64,000 bases of DNA from a virus. Its lineage: Duplodnaviria > Heunggongvirae > Uroviricota > Caudoviricetes. Both the position numbers and the translations under genes were made by a program. The stretch lies in IMG/VR virus record IMGVR_UViG_2639763153_000002. One strand, given 5' to 3'. Position 1 is the first letter of the stretch. Every line of letters starts with the position of its first letter. Below are positions 55,579-64,000 of this stretch, piece by piece. Below the pieces are notes generated by a model, which saw only the letters and a program-made list of their open reading frames with translations, ran no database searches and was not told where the DNA came from.

Positions 55579-56468
55579 GCAATCACCCCGTTATTGCCGC
55601 GAAAACTTGCCCAGTTGAATACCAGGTAGTTGCGCCCCCCGTCGGTCACACGGTCAAAAATACGGTCGCTGATAAACTCTTTCAGCTGCTCAGGTGGCAG
55701 GTTGCTGATCAGGATGGTTGGCAGAACGCTTTCGTAACGGGCGTTAATCACCTCATGCAGGATGGTCATCTCTGCAGGGCTTCCGAACTGCACGCCCACT
55801 TCATCGATAACCAGCAGATCCAGCGAAGCGTAGTGATCCAGTACGCTTTCTTCGGTTATGTCGGCATTGTGGCGCCAGGTGCTTTTCACGGCGCGGGTCA
55901 GACGCATAACGTCAGTCAGTTCCACACTGGCGAGATGGTTGCGGATGATGTTTTTCGCCAGAGAGACCGCCAGATGATTTTTTCCCGTGCCGCAGCTGCC
56001 TGTCAGCACCAGACTTTTCCCGGCCTCCAGAACAGCCGGCCAGTTGTCGGCGTAGCGCCTGCAGGCTGCGAGGTTGCGGGAGGCTTCAGGGTTGAGTTCC
56101 AGATAATTTTCAAACTCACAGTCACCAAAGCGGCGAGTAATGCCCGCGTCGTTCAGCAGGCTGGTTACGTGAAGTTTGCGCAGGCTGGATTTGACACTGG
56201 TCTGCTCCGCCCGGATGCAGGACGGACAGCGGGAGTGCTTGAAAGTCTCTGCGCCGCGAAAATCTTTGCCCACCAGCGTGAACTGTTCGTAGTCTCCATG
56301 CTCCGGGCAGGATAGCGTGCTGGTGTGATTGGAACTCCAGCCCTCAAATCCCCAGGGGAGTTTGTGCTCTTCAGCGAAAGCCAGTTCATCGCCGAGTTTT
56401 GCCTGTTGTGCTCTCAGGCCTTCACGCTCTTTGAGCTGATTCAAATTCAACATACCCACCTCACTCAA
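55575..56468 (-). CDS. DnaC-like helicase loader (AAA+)
   Basis: LTGSCGTGKNHLA Walker A, DLLVIDEVG Walker B. Cys-rich N-terminus. Confidence 0.8.
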   Translation of the reverse strand: MSEVGMLNLNQLKEREGLRAQQAKLGDELAFAEEHKLPWGFEGWSSNHTSTLSCPEHGDYEQFTLVGKDFRGAETFKHSRCPSCIRAEQTSVKSSLRKLHVTSLLNDAGITRRFGDCEFENYLELNPEASRNLAACRRYADNWPAVLEAGKSLVLTGSCGTGKNHLAVSLAKNIIRNHLASVELTDVMRLTRAVKSTWRHNADITEESVLDHYASLDLLVIDEVGVQFGSPAEMTILHEVINARYESVLPTILISNLPPEQLKEFISDRIFDRVTDGGRNYLVFNWASFRGNNGVIA

Positions 56469-57346
56469 AAATTCAGGTTTTCACCGGATTCACCAAAATC
56501 ATCGGACATGCGCCCCAGACCGGACAGGCGGGCAATGGTGCTGTTATGCCCACCTCCGGGAGCGGATGGCGCCTGCCAGGATTCTTCGAAGTGGCGATCG
56601 GGTCCAAAGAACGAGGCGGCCTGCTTGACGTACTGGGTGCCGACGCTGCCTGTTGCGCGGGCGTAGGCTGCATAGCGCTTAACGCCCGCCAGCATGTCTT
56701 CAGGTTTAACCCCGTCTTTCAGGCGAGCTTTCCAGGCCTTGAAAGCCCCGGACTTGGAATTGCCTCCAGCGCGTTTTGGGTATGCCTGCCAGGCTGTCTC
56801 AAACTCAGGGGAATAATCCTGTTTTGCAGAACGAACCGGTGCAGAGGCGATAGCCGAAGCGCCAGTATTTTTTATAGGTTCATCGACTGGTTCATTGACT
56901 GGTTCAAAAGAGTGACTGATTCTGGGTGCAGCTCCTGCACTACCCCCTGGTGAATCTCCTGCACCAGGTAGTGAATCTGTTGCTCCAGGTAGTGAACGAT
57001 TTGCACTACCCCCTGGTGAATATCCTGCACTACGTAAATTGAGCTGATAAACGTTGCTGGAATTCCCCTTTGGTCCTGTCCGAAGCTCTTTTTTGATCAG
57101 GCCACATTCACAAAGCGCTTGGATGTGATTCATCACCGAACGCTTGCTAATTTCACACTGGTCAGCGATGTGCTGGTAACTAGGCCAGCACTCCCCGAGA
57201 TCACTGGCGTTATCCGCCAGCTTAAGAAGAACCAATTTGCGCAAAGGGTTTCCGACCTTAATTTTCATAGCCCGAACCATCAGATCCATGCTCATACCAA
57301 AACCCTCGTGAAGTACTGTTGAAACTTCCAGACTGGCTGCATACAT
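56465..57346 (-). CDS. Replication initiator (lambda O-like, winged-HTH N-terminus) containing iterons
   Basis: HTH YQHIADQCEISKRSVMNHIQ. SPGGSA-repeat linker. Position cro-O-DnaC-DnaB. Confidence 0.7.
   Translation of the reverse strand: MYAASLEVSTVLHEGFGMSMDLMVRAMKIKVGNPLRKLVLLKLADNASDLGECWPSYQHIADQCEISKRSVMNHIQALCECGLIKKELRTGPKGNSSNVYQLNLRSAGYSPGGSANRSLPGATDSLPGAGDSPGGSAGAAPRISHSFEPVNEPVDEPIKNTGASAIASAPVRSAKQDYSPEFETAWQAYPKRAGGNSKSGAFKAWKARLKDGVKPEDMLAGVKRYAAYARATGSVGTQYVKQAASFFGPDRHFEESWQAPSAPGGGHNSTIARLSGLGRMSDDFGESGENLNF
56880..57040. repeat. Iteron-like direct repeats inside the O-like gene (putative ori)
   Basis: TACCCCCTGGTGAAT(C/A)TCCTGCAC twice, 66 bp apart. CAGGTAGTGAA twice. 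GACTGGTTCA twice. Confidence 0.55.
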
Positions 57347-57480
57347 TCATGCGGATAACCCGGTCTGGTGAAATAAACCTGCTGCTTTTCGCGATCCCAC
57401 CCAGTGACGTGCACGACAATACCCCGAGGATCGTGATACAGCCTGTCCAGCGCCTTAATACCGCCCGTTTCTGGAAACAT
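57292..57480 (-). CDS. Small hypothetical protein between cro and O (cII position)
   Basis: ORF only. Confidence 0.25.
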   Translation of the reverse strand: MFPETGGIKALDRLYHDPRGIVVHVTGWDREKQQVYFTRPGYPHECMQPVWKFQQYFTRVLV

Positions 57481-57555
57481 TCAGCTCACCAGCGCTTGAT
57501 TTGTAATCGGATTATCTGGTGTCACTTCATGCCTCGCCTGCATTGTCGAGCCATG

Positions 57556-57783
57556 TCACTCCCCTTGCGTTGGGTGCGGGAATAGCTCGGGCAGGTCAGG
57601 TCTGATTTCATATGCCGCTACTTGGCCATTAGCAGCAGCCACAATTTTCAATACATGCTCTGCCTTAACTCTTTTCCCGTGGCGCCATTTCCATACCGTT
57701 GCTTGGGACACACCACATTGTTTTGCAAGCGCATCCTGGCTTCCTGTACATCTGATTGCTTTATCAATAGGCTCAGAAATCAT
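57556..57783 (-). CDS. cro: Cro-like HTH regulator
   Basis: 75 aa. HTH GSQDALAKQCGVSQATVWKW. Divergent from repressor. Confidence 0.65.
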   Translation of the reverse strand: MISEPIDKAIRCTGSQDALAKQCGVSQATVWKWRHGKRVKAEHVLKIVAAANGQVAAYEIRPDLPELFPHPTQGE

Positions 57784-57907
57784 AAAACCCCCTTAGTAAT
57801 TGATTATTACTTTAGCGATTGAATGAGTAAACCACAAGGCTAATAATTACTTTTTGACTTATCGCGTTCAGTGAGTTAAGTTTTTAACAACTTTTGGAGT
57901 AGCCAAC
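57784..57907. promoter_or_regulatory. Immunity-region operator/promoter (OR-like) with AGTAAT-N5-ATTACT palindrome and TAATAATTACT half-site repeats
   Basis: Palindromes read from sequence between divergent cro and cI. Confidence 0.5.
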
Positions 57908-58615
57908 ATGTCGAAAACAACGTTTGCTGAAAGATTGGTTGAATCAATGAAGGCAGCAGGCTTTACCCAAGCTTCCCTTGCTGCCGCTGTAGGAATGTCG
58001 CAATCCAGTATCTGGAAACTAACTTCTGGCGCGGCCTCAGGCTCACGGAAAACTGTAGAATTAGCTAAAGCACTACATGTCAGGCCTGAATGGCTCGCCT
58101 CAGGTGAGCTGCCCGTGAATGATAATGAATCCAATGATCTCCCAACCGTCTACAGGCAACAAAGACCTGTTGTTCCTGGGATTTACAGAGTCGATTTGCT
58201 TGATGTTCAAGTGAGTGCTGGTCCCGGAGTATACCTATCTTCTGAGTTCATCGAGACAGTGCAAGCAATTGAATTCACAGAAGAATATGCAAGAAGCATG
58301 TTTGGAAGTCGTCCAGCATCATCTATCAAGGTTATCACCGTGCGTGGTGATAGCATGGAAGGTACGATTGATCCAGGTGATTACATCTTCGTGGATACAT
58401 CAGTAAATCACTTTGAAGGTGATGGTATTTATGTTTTCGTGTTTGGCAAAACGATTCATATCAAACGCCTGCAAATGCAGAAGAATAGCCTTGTCGTTCT
58501 ATCAGATAACAAGCTCTACAGCCCTTGGGAAATAGACGCATGTGATGAAGATCAGTTTCACGTTTTAGCTAAAGTGCTGGTCAAACAGTCGGCAGCCTTT
58601 AAACGATTCGCATAA
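57908..58615 (+). CDS. cI: CI-type repressor (HTH plus S24 LexA-like peptidase)
   Basis: N-terminal HTH. C-terminal VRGDSMEGTIDPGDYIFVD ... KRL (Ser/Lys dyad context). Confidence 0.85.
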   Translation: MSKTTFAERLVESMKAAGFTQASLAAAVGMSQSSIWKLTSGAASGSRKTVELAKALHVRPEWLASGELPVNDNESNDLPTVYRQQRPVVPGIYRVDLLDVQVSAGPGVYLSSEFIETVQAIEFTEEYARSMFGSRPASSIKVITVRGDSMEGTIDPGDYIFVDTSVNHFEGDGIYVFVFGKTIHIKRLQMQKNSLVVLSDNKLYSPWEIDACDEDQFHVLAKVLVKQSAAFKRFA

Positions 58616-58633
58616 CTCTCAACATAGAAGAAC

Positions 58634-58657
58634 GACCGCTTAGGCGGTCTTTTTTTT
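58634..58657 (+). terminator. Rho-independent terminator after cI (GACCGC-ttag-GCGGTC followed by T8)
   Basis: Read from sequence. Confidence 0.6.
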
Positions 58658-58773
58658 GCTTACTAAACAATAAAATACCTAAGAGATAAAAAAATAAATT
58701 ACTTTAGTCATTGACTATCGCAAAGATCCGATCCATCCTAATTACAACTTAAGTAATTCGACGGGCGATTATC

Positions 58774-59082
58774 ATGACAACTAAAAACTTCATTCAATTA
58801 GTAGATATTCCAGACTACCGTTTTGATAAGCGTGCGACTGATATCGATTATGATGGTATCGCGGTCGACTGCGACTCTAAAACAATTTCAATATTAAGTG
58901 CAATAAATCATATCAGCCTTAATGTTTTCTCTCTTATGGAAGAGAGCCAGGTTGATAAAGAAAAAATAACTAACCTTTCCTGTATTATTGCTGACCTAGC
59001 AGAACTGGCAATTGCCACAAATAAAATCGCTCAATCTGCATCATACCTTTCCGGTTTAAAAGGTGGCAATGATGGCGCATGA
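58774..59082 (+). CDS. Hypothetical early protein
   Basis: 102-aa ORF, AT-rich. Confidence 0.4.
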   Translation: MTTKNFIQLVDIPDYRFDKRATDIDYDGIAVDCDSKTISILSAINHISLNVFSLMEESQVDKEKITNLSCIIADLAELAIATNKIAQSASYLSGLKGGNDGA

Positions 59083-59266
59083 AATTTCATTAGAGCAGGC
59101 GGCAGAGAAAGCTCATCAGGCGGAGATAATTTGCCGCATGATGGAGGTATACCCTAATAAAATGGATTGTACCGAAATTGAGGCATTATCTTCGCTGCTC
59201 AGAACTCTTACTGGTGATGTATGTGCATGGCTTATCGAAGAGCAGGCAATAAAAAATAATAAGTAA
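59063..59266 (+). CDS. Hypothetical early protein
   Basis: 67-aa ORF overlapping the previous stop. Confidence 0.35.
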   Translation: MAMMAHEISLEQAAEKAHQAEIICRMMEVYPNKMDCTEIEALSSLLRTLTGDVCAWLIEEQAIKNNK

Positions 59267-59437
59267 AACAACACTTAACTATTTAATTCCAGATTAATTT
59301 CTGCGGGAATTCACATTCATTATTCAGGAGAACACTGTGAAAAATAATTATGCCTTTAAGACAGCAAAAATGATGTGTAGTGCAGGCTACTGGGATATCG
59401 CAATTTTATTTTTAAAAAGAGCGTATGGGAGATAACC

Positions 59438-59662
59438 ATGGGTATGCAGCGCCGCCAAGATATTCAGTGCGTCACCATTAAGGCTGAGCAACTTAACTTC
59501 CTTATGCAGACAATTTTCACACATCACAAGGACTTTGACTGCCATCAACTTGATGGGGTTTTAGGTCTTGCATATGACCTTGCTGGCGAGGTCTATTCAT
59601 GGATGGAAAAAGAGGAAAAGATTGTACAGAAAAATGAAGAACACAAAAGAAGGGGTAATTAG
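59438..59662 (+). CDS. Hypothetical early protein
   Basis: 74-aa ORF. Confidence 0.35.
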   Translation: MGMQRRQDIQCVTIKAEQLNFLMQTIFTHHKDFDCHQLDGVLGLAYDLAGEVYSWMEKEEKIVQKNEEHKRRGN

Positions 59663-60028
59663 ATGATTAACTTAATTACTACCTATCGCCGCCGAATTTT
59701 AAAAGCAGCCTTGTTACGCCACCAGCGAAAGACTGGGAGTAGCTTACTTGTCATTAAGCTTAACAAGGGTGGGATTAGTACTATCGAATTAACTGAGATT
59801 CTTCTTGATGGATTGTTGCGGAAATTCGAGCGACTGGCCCTCGGTGAATACGGAAATGTGGAAGGCGTGAAAGCTCTTAAGGGAATCTACAGCAACTCTG
59901 TTGATGTTAATGGCAGCGGCGAATTCCTCACAGAAAGCGGGAAAGAGTTAATCGACGAGCTTATTTCTGAACTGGTGGAGTTCGTCAAAAAGCAGAAACC
60001 AGTTACTGCGGAGTCCGGCAATGAATAA
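59663..60028 (+). CDS. Hypothetical early protein
   Basis: 121-aa ORF, ATGA-coupled. Confidence 0.4.
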   Translation: MINLITTYRRRILKAALLRHQRKTGSSLLVIKLNKGGISTIELTEILLDGLLRKFERLALGEYGNVEGVKALKGIYSNSVDVNGSGEFLTESGKELIDELISELVEFVKKQKPVTAESGNE

Positions 60029-60275
60029 CCAGCAAACAATGCTCTATCAGGGTGTGCTGATCCTCCGCCCCGTGTTGAACGTGGATCTGCATGTCCTCCC
60101 TGATTTTACCGGCCGGGTAGTCGTGCACATCGAGAACGGGAGGGTGACATGCGACCGCCAACTGTTCGACGACGAGCACATTTGCTCACTGGCCACGTTT
60201 ATCGAAATGGCGCGCGAAATGGAGCTGAGATTTAAGGAGGTAGCTGGTGGCACTGACAGCGATACGAATTCCTGA
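60021..60275 (+). CDS. Hypothetical early protein
   Basis: 84-aa ORF. Confidence 0.35.
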   Translation: MNNQQTMLYQGVLILRPVLNVDLHVLPDFTGRVVVHIENGRVTCDRQLFDDEHICSLATFIEMAREMELRFKEVAGGTDSDTNS

Positions 60276-60465
60276 GCGGGTTCACCTGCAGGCGCTGCAG
60301 GTCCTGCTGCGGTATCGGCGGCGGCGGATATTCCCGCGGCGAATACGCCGCACCGGCTACCTCAGCCTGAAGGTTAACCCACGCTGGCGGCTGTTATCGA
60401 AAGACGATGGCCGGAACTGGGAAGTTATGAGTCATGAAACCTATAACCGGGAGAAAGACAAATGA
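60247..60465 (+). CDS. Hypothetical Arg-rich small protein (GTG start)
   Basis: Fills an otherwise non-coding gap. Ends at the next ATG. Confidence 0.25.
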   Translation: MALTAIRIPERVHLQALQVLLRYRRRRIFPRRIRRTGYLSLKVNPRWRLLSKDDGRNWEVMSHETYNREKDK

Positions 60466-60887
60466 TTGACAACAGAACTGTCAGCGCTATTGACCTGGCG
60501 TTGCAAAAGCACCCAACGCCAGTTGGTGATCTGTTCGCCGCGATCCGCCACGGACGCATGAAGCGGTGCTTCAGCCGGGATACCGCAATTCGTTACCTGG
60601 CGTTCTTCATGACCTCCCGAGCTTTTGGGCGTTCTGGTTTCAAGCAGCGTTATCCGGACGTGCAGGTAATTCATCCACTGAATCCAGAACTGAGTAGCTG
60701 GCAACGTGGCGCCGTGACCACTGAGTATTTTAACGCCCACCAGCGCACCGTTCGCCGGCTGCGTCGCATCCTCGCCCGCAAAAGAGAAATGCAAAACTGG
60801 TGCAAAAAGTGGGATGCCATGCACGACCGCTACGTGAAAGAGCGCGAAGAACTACAGGCCTGTAAGCCTGGAGGGCTGAGTCGATGA
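60462..60887 (+). CDS. Hypothetical early protein
   Basis: 141-aa ORF. Confidence 0.4.
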   Translation: MIDNRTVSAIDLALQKHPTPVGDLFAAIRHGRMKRCFSRDTAIRYLAFFMTSRAFGRSGFKQRYPDVQVIHPLNPELSSWQRGAVTTEYFNAHQRTVRRLRRILARKREMQNWCKKWDAMHDRYVKEREELQACKPGGLSR

Positions 60888-61078
60888 TTGCTTACTTACG
60901 CGTTGTTCTATCGGTGGTGATTGTCGCCAGCGTTTATGGGCTGTTCGTTCCGATCCTCATTTCGATGAAGGACACGACAGCAGTTATATCCGGTTTTGCC
61001 CTGGCGATTCTGACCCCGCCGTGCATCTACGCCATTTGTAAGGGTCTTGTGCTTACCGTAACGAAGGAAAAGAAATGA
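60884..61078 (+). CDS. Small membrane protein
   Basis: 64 aa, two hydrophobic helices. ATGA coupling on both sides. Confidence 0.35.
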   Translation: MIAYLRVVLSVVIVASVYGLFVPILISMKDTTAVISGFALAILTPPCIYAICKGLVLTVTKEKK

Positions 61079-61902
61079 AAAAAGCAATTATGGCTTCAAT
61101 TATCGCACTCTCTGCCATCGGCCTTGTTGGTTGCGATCGAGTTGAGCCCGGCAACGTGGGTATCAAGGTGAATAAGTTGGGCGACGATAAAGGCGTTGGT
61201 GAAGTCGTCGGAGTCGGCCGCTACTGGACCGGCTGGAATACAGAGGTTTATATCTTTCCGACCTTCAAGCAGATGAAAACGTATGATGACGCTTTCAACT
61301 TCCAGATGAGCGATGGCACTACCATCGGCTACCACATCGGGGTCGCGTACAAGGTTGATCCGACCAAAGTTACAACCGTTTTCCAGACCTACCGTAAAGG
61401 CGTGGACGACATCACCGACACCGACCTGCGGCAGAAAATTGCTGACGCCCTTAATCGTCTCGCAAGTCGGATGAGCACCGATAAATTCATTGACGGCGGG
61501 AAAGCTGAGCTGCTTGAAAACGCACTGAAAGAGATCCAGTCCGATATGGGGCCGGTTGGTATCCAGGTGATCAGCCTTTCTTACGTTGGCCGTCCGGAAT
61601 ACCCGCCGACAGTGATCGAAAGCATCAACGCCAAAGTTACGGCCAACCAGAAGACGCTGCAGCGCGAGCAGGAAGTTAAACAACGTGAAGCTGAAGCCAA
61701 CATGTTGCGAGCCGAAGCCGATGGCCAGGCGGATGCAAAGCTGAAATTGGCTGAAGCAGAAGCAAAGTCTATCCAGATCCGTGGGCAGGCCATGCGTGAG
61801 AACCCTGAGGTACTGCAACTGGAGGCCATCAACAAATGGAATGGCACCCTGCCCCAGTACATGACCAGCGGAACAAACACCCCGTTTATCCAGGTTAAAT
61901 GA
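61075..61902 (+). CDS. SPFH/Band-7 (prohibitin-like) lipoprotein
   Basis: Signal plus lipobox LVGC. SPFH core. C-terminal coiled coil EQEVKQREAEANMLRAEAD. Confidence 0.75.
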   Translation: MKKAIMASIIALSAIGLVGCDRVEPGNVGIKVNKLGDDKGVGEVVGVGRYWTGWNTEVYIFPTFKQMKTYDDAFNFQMSDGTTIGYHIGVAYKVDPTKVTTVFQTYRKGVDDITDTDLRQKIADALNRLASRMSTDKFIDGGKAELLENALKEIQSDMGPVGIQVISLSYVGRPEYPPTVIESINAKVTANQKTLQREQEVKQREAEANMLRAEADGQADAKLKLAEAEAKSIQIRGQAMRENPEVLQLEAINKWNGTLPQYMTSGTNTPFIQVK

Positions 61903-62525
61903 TCCACCAGCCCGGCGACAAGCCGGGCACATATGAGAGGTTCGCAATGCTTCAGAACATGCTTAACCCGGAACCAACCTCAACAGGGATCCGGTCTGGA
62001 AACCGGGTGATTGGCTACTCCGCTGCTATTCGCCTGCTGGATAACGGTCGCTATGACAAACACCTTGCCGATGGAATGGAAATTCTGGCCTGCATCATGG
62101 AAGCGGTAGAAAGCAACTGGATCACGCTCAATATCGAAAAAGAGTTGATCCTCTGGCGCTGGTTACTGGCTGCCGTGTTCATCACTGAGGAGCTGGAGAA
62201 AAACGGAACTGTCGACGTTCCGAATGATACTGGCGGTGTTGATACTGCTGTTATCTATTCCAGCAAGCATGGCGCCATTAGCGTCTATCCGGGACCTGAA
62301 CGCTTTGCACTCGCCAACCATATTGAGCTGGGGGCAATCGAGAAATATGGGCCAGAGGTTGGCCAGCAGCTGGCGCTGCGGATGTATCAGGACATGGTTA
62401 TTGCTGACGAAGAATTTGGGTTCAGGTTATCAGCACTTGGCCGGGAGGGGTTTAACCTCCTCCACGACAGCTTTATCGAACACATCCAGATCGAAGGTGT
62501 GCCAGAAGCGCCGATTATGCATTGA
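61899..62525 (+). CDS. Hypothetical protein
   Basis: 208-aa ORF. Confidence 0.45.
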   Translation: MIHQPGDKPGTYERFAMLQNMLNPEPTSTGIRSGNRVIGYSAAIRLLDNGRYDKHLADGMEILACIMEAVESNWITLNIEKELILWRWLLAAVFITEELEKNGTVDVPNDTGGVDTAVIYSSKHGAISVYPGPERFALANHIELGAIEKYGPEVGQQLALRMYQDMVIADEEFGFRLSALGREGFNLLHDSFIEHIQIEGVPEAPIMH

Positions 62526-62637
62526 AGGGAATGATTGATGACAGCAAACGATGAGCAACGGGTACGGCTGGAACTGAAACTGCCGGTAATTAATTATGAA
62601 GTCTGGTGCCACTGTCGTGGCCTGAAAGTGGTATGAG

Positions 62638-62838
62638 GTGGGTTATATGGTAGACATTGAAATGATTGACGAGGAAGAGGCAATGCGGATGATCCGAGTA
62701 TCTTCACGCGTGACCATCCGCAAATACACCGAGCGCTATAATTTCCCCAAACCGGTCCGGACCTATCCTAAGCAATATCTGCGCTCTGCTATTGTGGAGT
62801 GGATCTTAAACGGGGGAATCAACCAGAAATCCTCCTGA
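62638..62838 (+). CDS. xis: Excisionase/AlpA-family HTH protein
   Basis: ...MIRVSSRVTIRKYTERYNFPKP...EWI pattern of AlpA/Xis. Overlaps the int 3' end. Confidence 0.6.
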   Translation: MGYMVDIEMIDEEEAMRMIRVSSRVTIRKYTERYNFPKPVRTYPKQYLRSAIVEWILNGGINQKSS

Positions 62839-64000
62839 TATGCCAGAATATCTTTTCAGCATACAGATCATAGGCGTCTTTCTGTTCGGCAATCCAGTCA
62901 TGCTTGTTATAGACAGAAAGCACGCCGCCAAGTTCATGCCCCAGCATCTTTTCGATGACGTGCGGAGCAACACCCTCTTCGGATAGCCGGGTTGCCAATG
63001 TGCGCCGAAAATCATGTGAAGTAAACTCACCAAACCCCAACGAGTCCTTGATTCTTCTGAGAAATTTATTTGCACCAGAAATAGTAATGGGGCTTTTCAG
63101 ATCCTCGCCAGGGAAAAGTATATCCCCATACGTCATTTCAGCTTTTTTCAGCAAATCATCTGCGGCGGAGAAAATGGGGCGCCTGATAATTTTGTTGGTT
63201 TTACTTTTCTCTGCCGGCACAACCCATAACCCCTCCTCTCGGTCAAACTCCCCCCTTATAGCCAGCCGAAGTTCGCTATTCCTGGCGCCGTACAGCATTA
63301 GCAGTTGATGAAGCAATCGGTTAGAAGTTGACCCACGACTTCTTTCTATAGCCATCCAGATTTTGGCAAGCTGGTTATAGCTGAGCGTGGTCTCCCCAAT
63401 CACCGGTTTAACACCGATATCTTTCGGCTGCAAAAGCATGAGTTCGGTTGTGCTAATGAATTGTCGGCGCGTACACCAACCAATGGCAGACCTGAGCTGT
63501 ATCAATAAATGCCGGGCTCGGCGAGGGTTGATTTTCTCCTCTTCGGTAAACCTCTCTACCCACAAGCGGACAGGGATATCCTCAACCGGAATGCCGGGAA
63601 AAGCGTCGCGCATATGCTTTATAACCGTTGATTTATAAAGCGCTATCGTCTTAGCTCTTAGCGTTACGTCCACGTAATTTTCTTTCCAGTAATCCAGGCA
63701 ATCCTTTACCGTTGGCTTACTCTTGGATTTGTTGCCACCAGCCAGCGTTCGGGGGTCAATGCCTTTGTCTGCCGACTCCCTCAGGTCTGCAACGATATTG
63801 CGGGCATCGCGCAGGGTCAGCGCTGGGTAACGCCCGAGCCCCATTCGGTTCTGCTTCCCTTCCCATCGGAACCTAAACTGAAAGCTGATCACGCCTTTGG
63901 GGGTTATGCGAATTCCAAGCCCGTCTGAATCCGTAATTTCAGCAGGCCCGGAATATGGTTTACCATAGATAGAGCGGAGCTTTGTGTCACTGATTGCCAT
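62819..64000 (-). CDS. int: Tyrosine integrase, P4-like (DUF4102 arm-binding N-terminus). Start codon exactly at window end
   Basis: 393 aa. N-terminal LRSIYGKPYSG...GLGIRITPKG. C-terminal catalytic R...HxxR...Y context (HDFRRT..., LGH). Confidence 0.9.
   Translation of the reverse strand: MAISDTKLRSIYGKPYSGPAEITDSDGLGIRITPKGVISFQFRFRWEGKQNRMGLGRYPALTLRDARNIVADLRESADKGIDPRTLAGGNKSKSKPTVKDCLDYWKENYVDVTLRAKTIALYKSTVIKHMRDAFPGIPVEDIPVRLWVERFTEEEKINPRRARHLLIQLRSAIGWCTRRQFISTTELMLLQPKDIGVKPVIGETTLSYNQLAKIWMAIERSRGSTSNRLLHQLLMLYGARNSELRLAIRGEFDREEGLWVVPAEKSKTNKIIRRPIFSAADDLLKKAEMTYGDILFPGEDLKSPITISGANKFLRRIKDSLGFGEFTSHDFRRTLATRLSEEGVAPHVIEKMLGHELGGVLSVYNKHDWIAEQKDAYDLYAEKIFWHIRRISG

Larger units (their letters stand above)
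27538..64000. mobile_element. Prophage B (att beyond right edge): lambdoid genome in inverted orientation, from fibres to integrase
   Basis: Mirror-image module order on - strand. Ends with xis and P4-type int at 62638..64000. cI/cro, O, DnaC, DnaB, RusA and Q all present. Confidence 0.85.

Noticed and set aside
1-64000. CRISPR arrays, rRNA genes, IS elements/transposases
   Set aside because: No short regularly spaced direct repeats, no rRNA-like sequence, no transposase or terminal inverted repeats found on inspection

Overview
The 64-kb window lies entirely inside a double-prophage region with no clear host core genes. Prophage A (about 1 to 27537, genes on the + strand, left end outside the window) carries the following modules. 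At the left are a DnaJ-type zinc-finger protein, a Phd/YefM-ParE/RelE toxin-antitoxin pair, a DPPY-motif DNA methyltransferase whose stop codon overlaps a non-canonical tRNA-Thr(UGU), and an AT-rich orphan gene. A lambda PR'-like late promoter with a tR'-like terminator follows, then a lambda-type lysis cassette: holin, T4-type (GH24) lysozyme, and Rz i-spanin with Rz1 o-spanin embedded. Next come orphan genes on the opposite strand, then the packaging and head module: HNH endonuclease, P27-type small terminase, large terminase, HK97-type portal, protease and capsid. The tail module is lambda-like: a major tail protein with an Ig domain, a G/T chaperone pair, a tape measure protein, M/L/K-like proteins and an I-J fusion protein. 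It ends with two tail fibre/spike genes, one with a beta-helix, and a Lar restriction-alleviation gene. Prophage B (27538 to 64000 and beyond, genes mostly on the - strand) is its mirror image. It has a 908-aa tail fibre with three tandem repeats and an SGNH hydrolase domain, then J, K, L/M-like proteins, a tape measure protein, a lipoprotein moron, chaperones, an HK97 head module, terminases and an HNH endonuclease. Its lysis cassette is P2-like: holin, GH108 endolysin, a LysA-like membrane protein and overlapped spanins. After a PR'/tR' late-control region come a Q82-type antiterminator, RusA, DnaB, a DnaC-like loader, an O-like initiator with iterons, cro, the operator region, a cI-type S24 repressor, an AT-rich early region including an SPFH lipoprotein, AlpA-like Xis and a P4-type integrase that ends exactly at the window edge. 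The two prophages meet tail fibre to tail fibre. Their K-J regions form a roughly 4-kb diverged inverted repeat. Perfect 52-bp inverted repeats bracket the 5.9-kb fibre cassette. The most novel-looking element is a self-promoted, AT-rich, two-gene operon on the opposite strand between Q and the late promoter of prophage B. It encodes an NA37/YejK-like protein translationally coupled to a RelA/SpoT small-alarmone-synthetase (toxSAS)-like protein. I propose it as a candidate toxin-antitoxin or anti-phage defence system not matching the described toxSAS/CapRel architectures as I recall them. No rRNA, CRISPR array or transposase was found.
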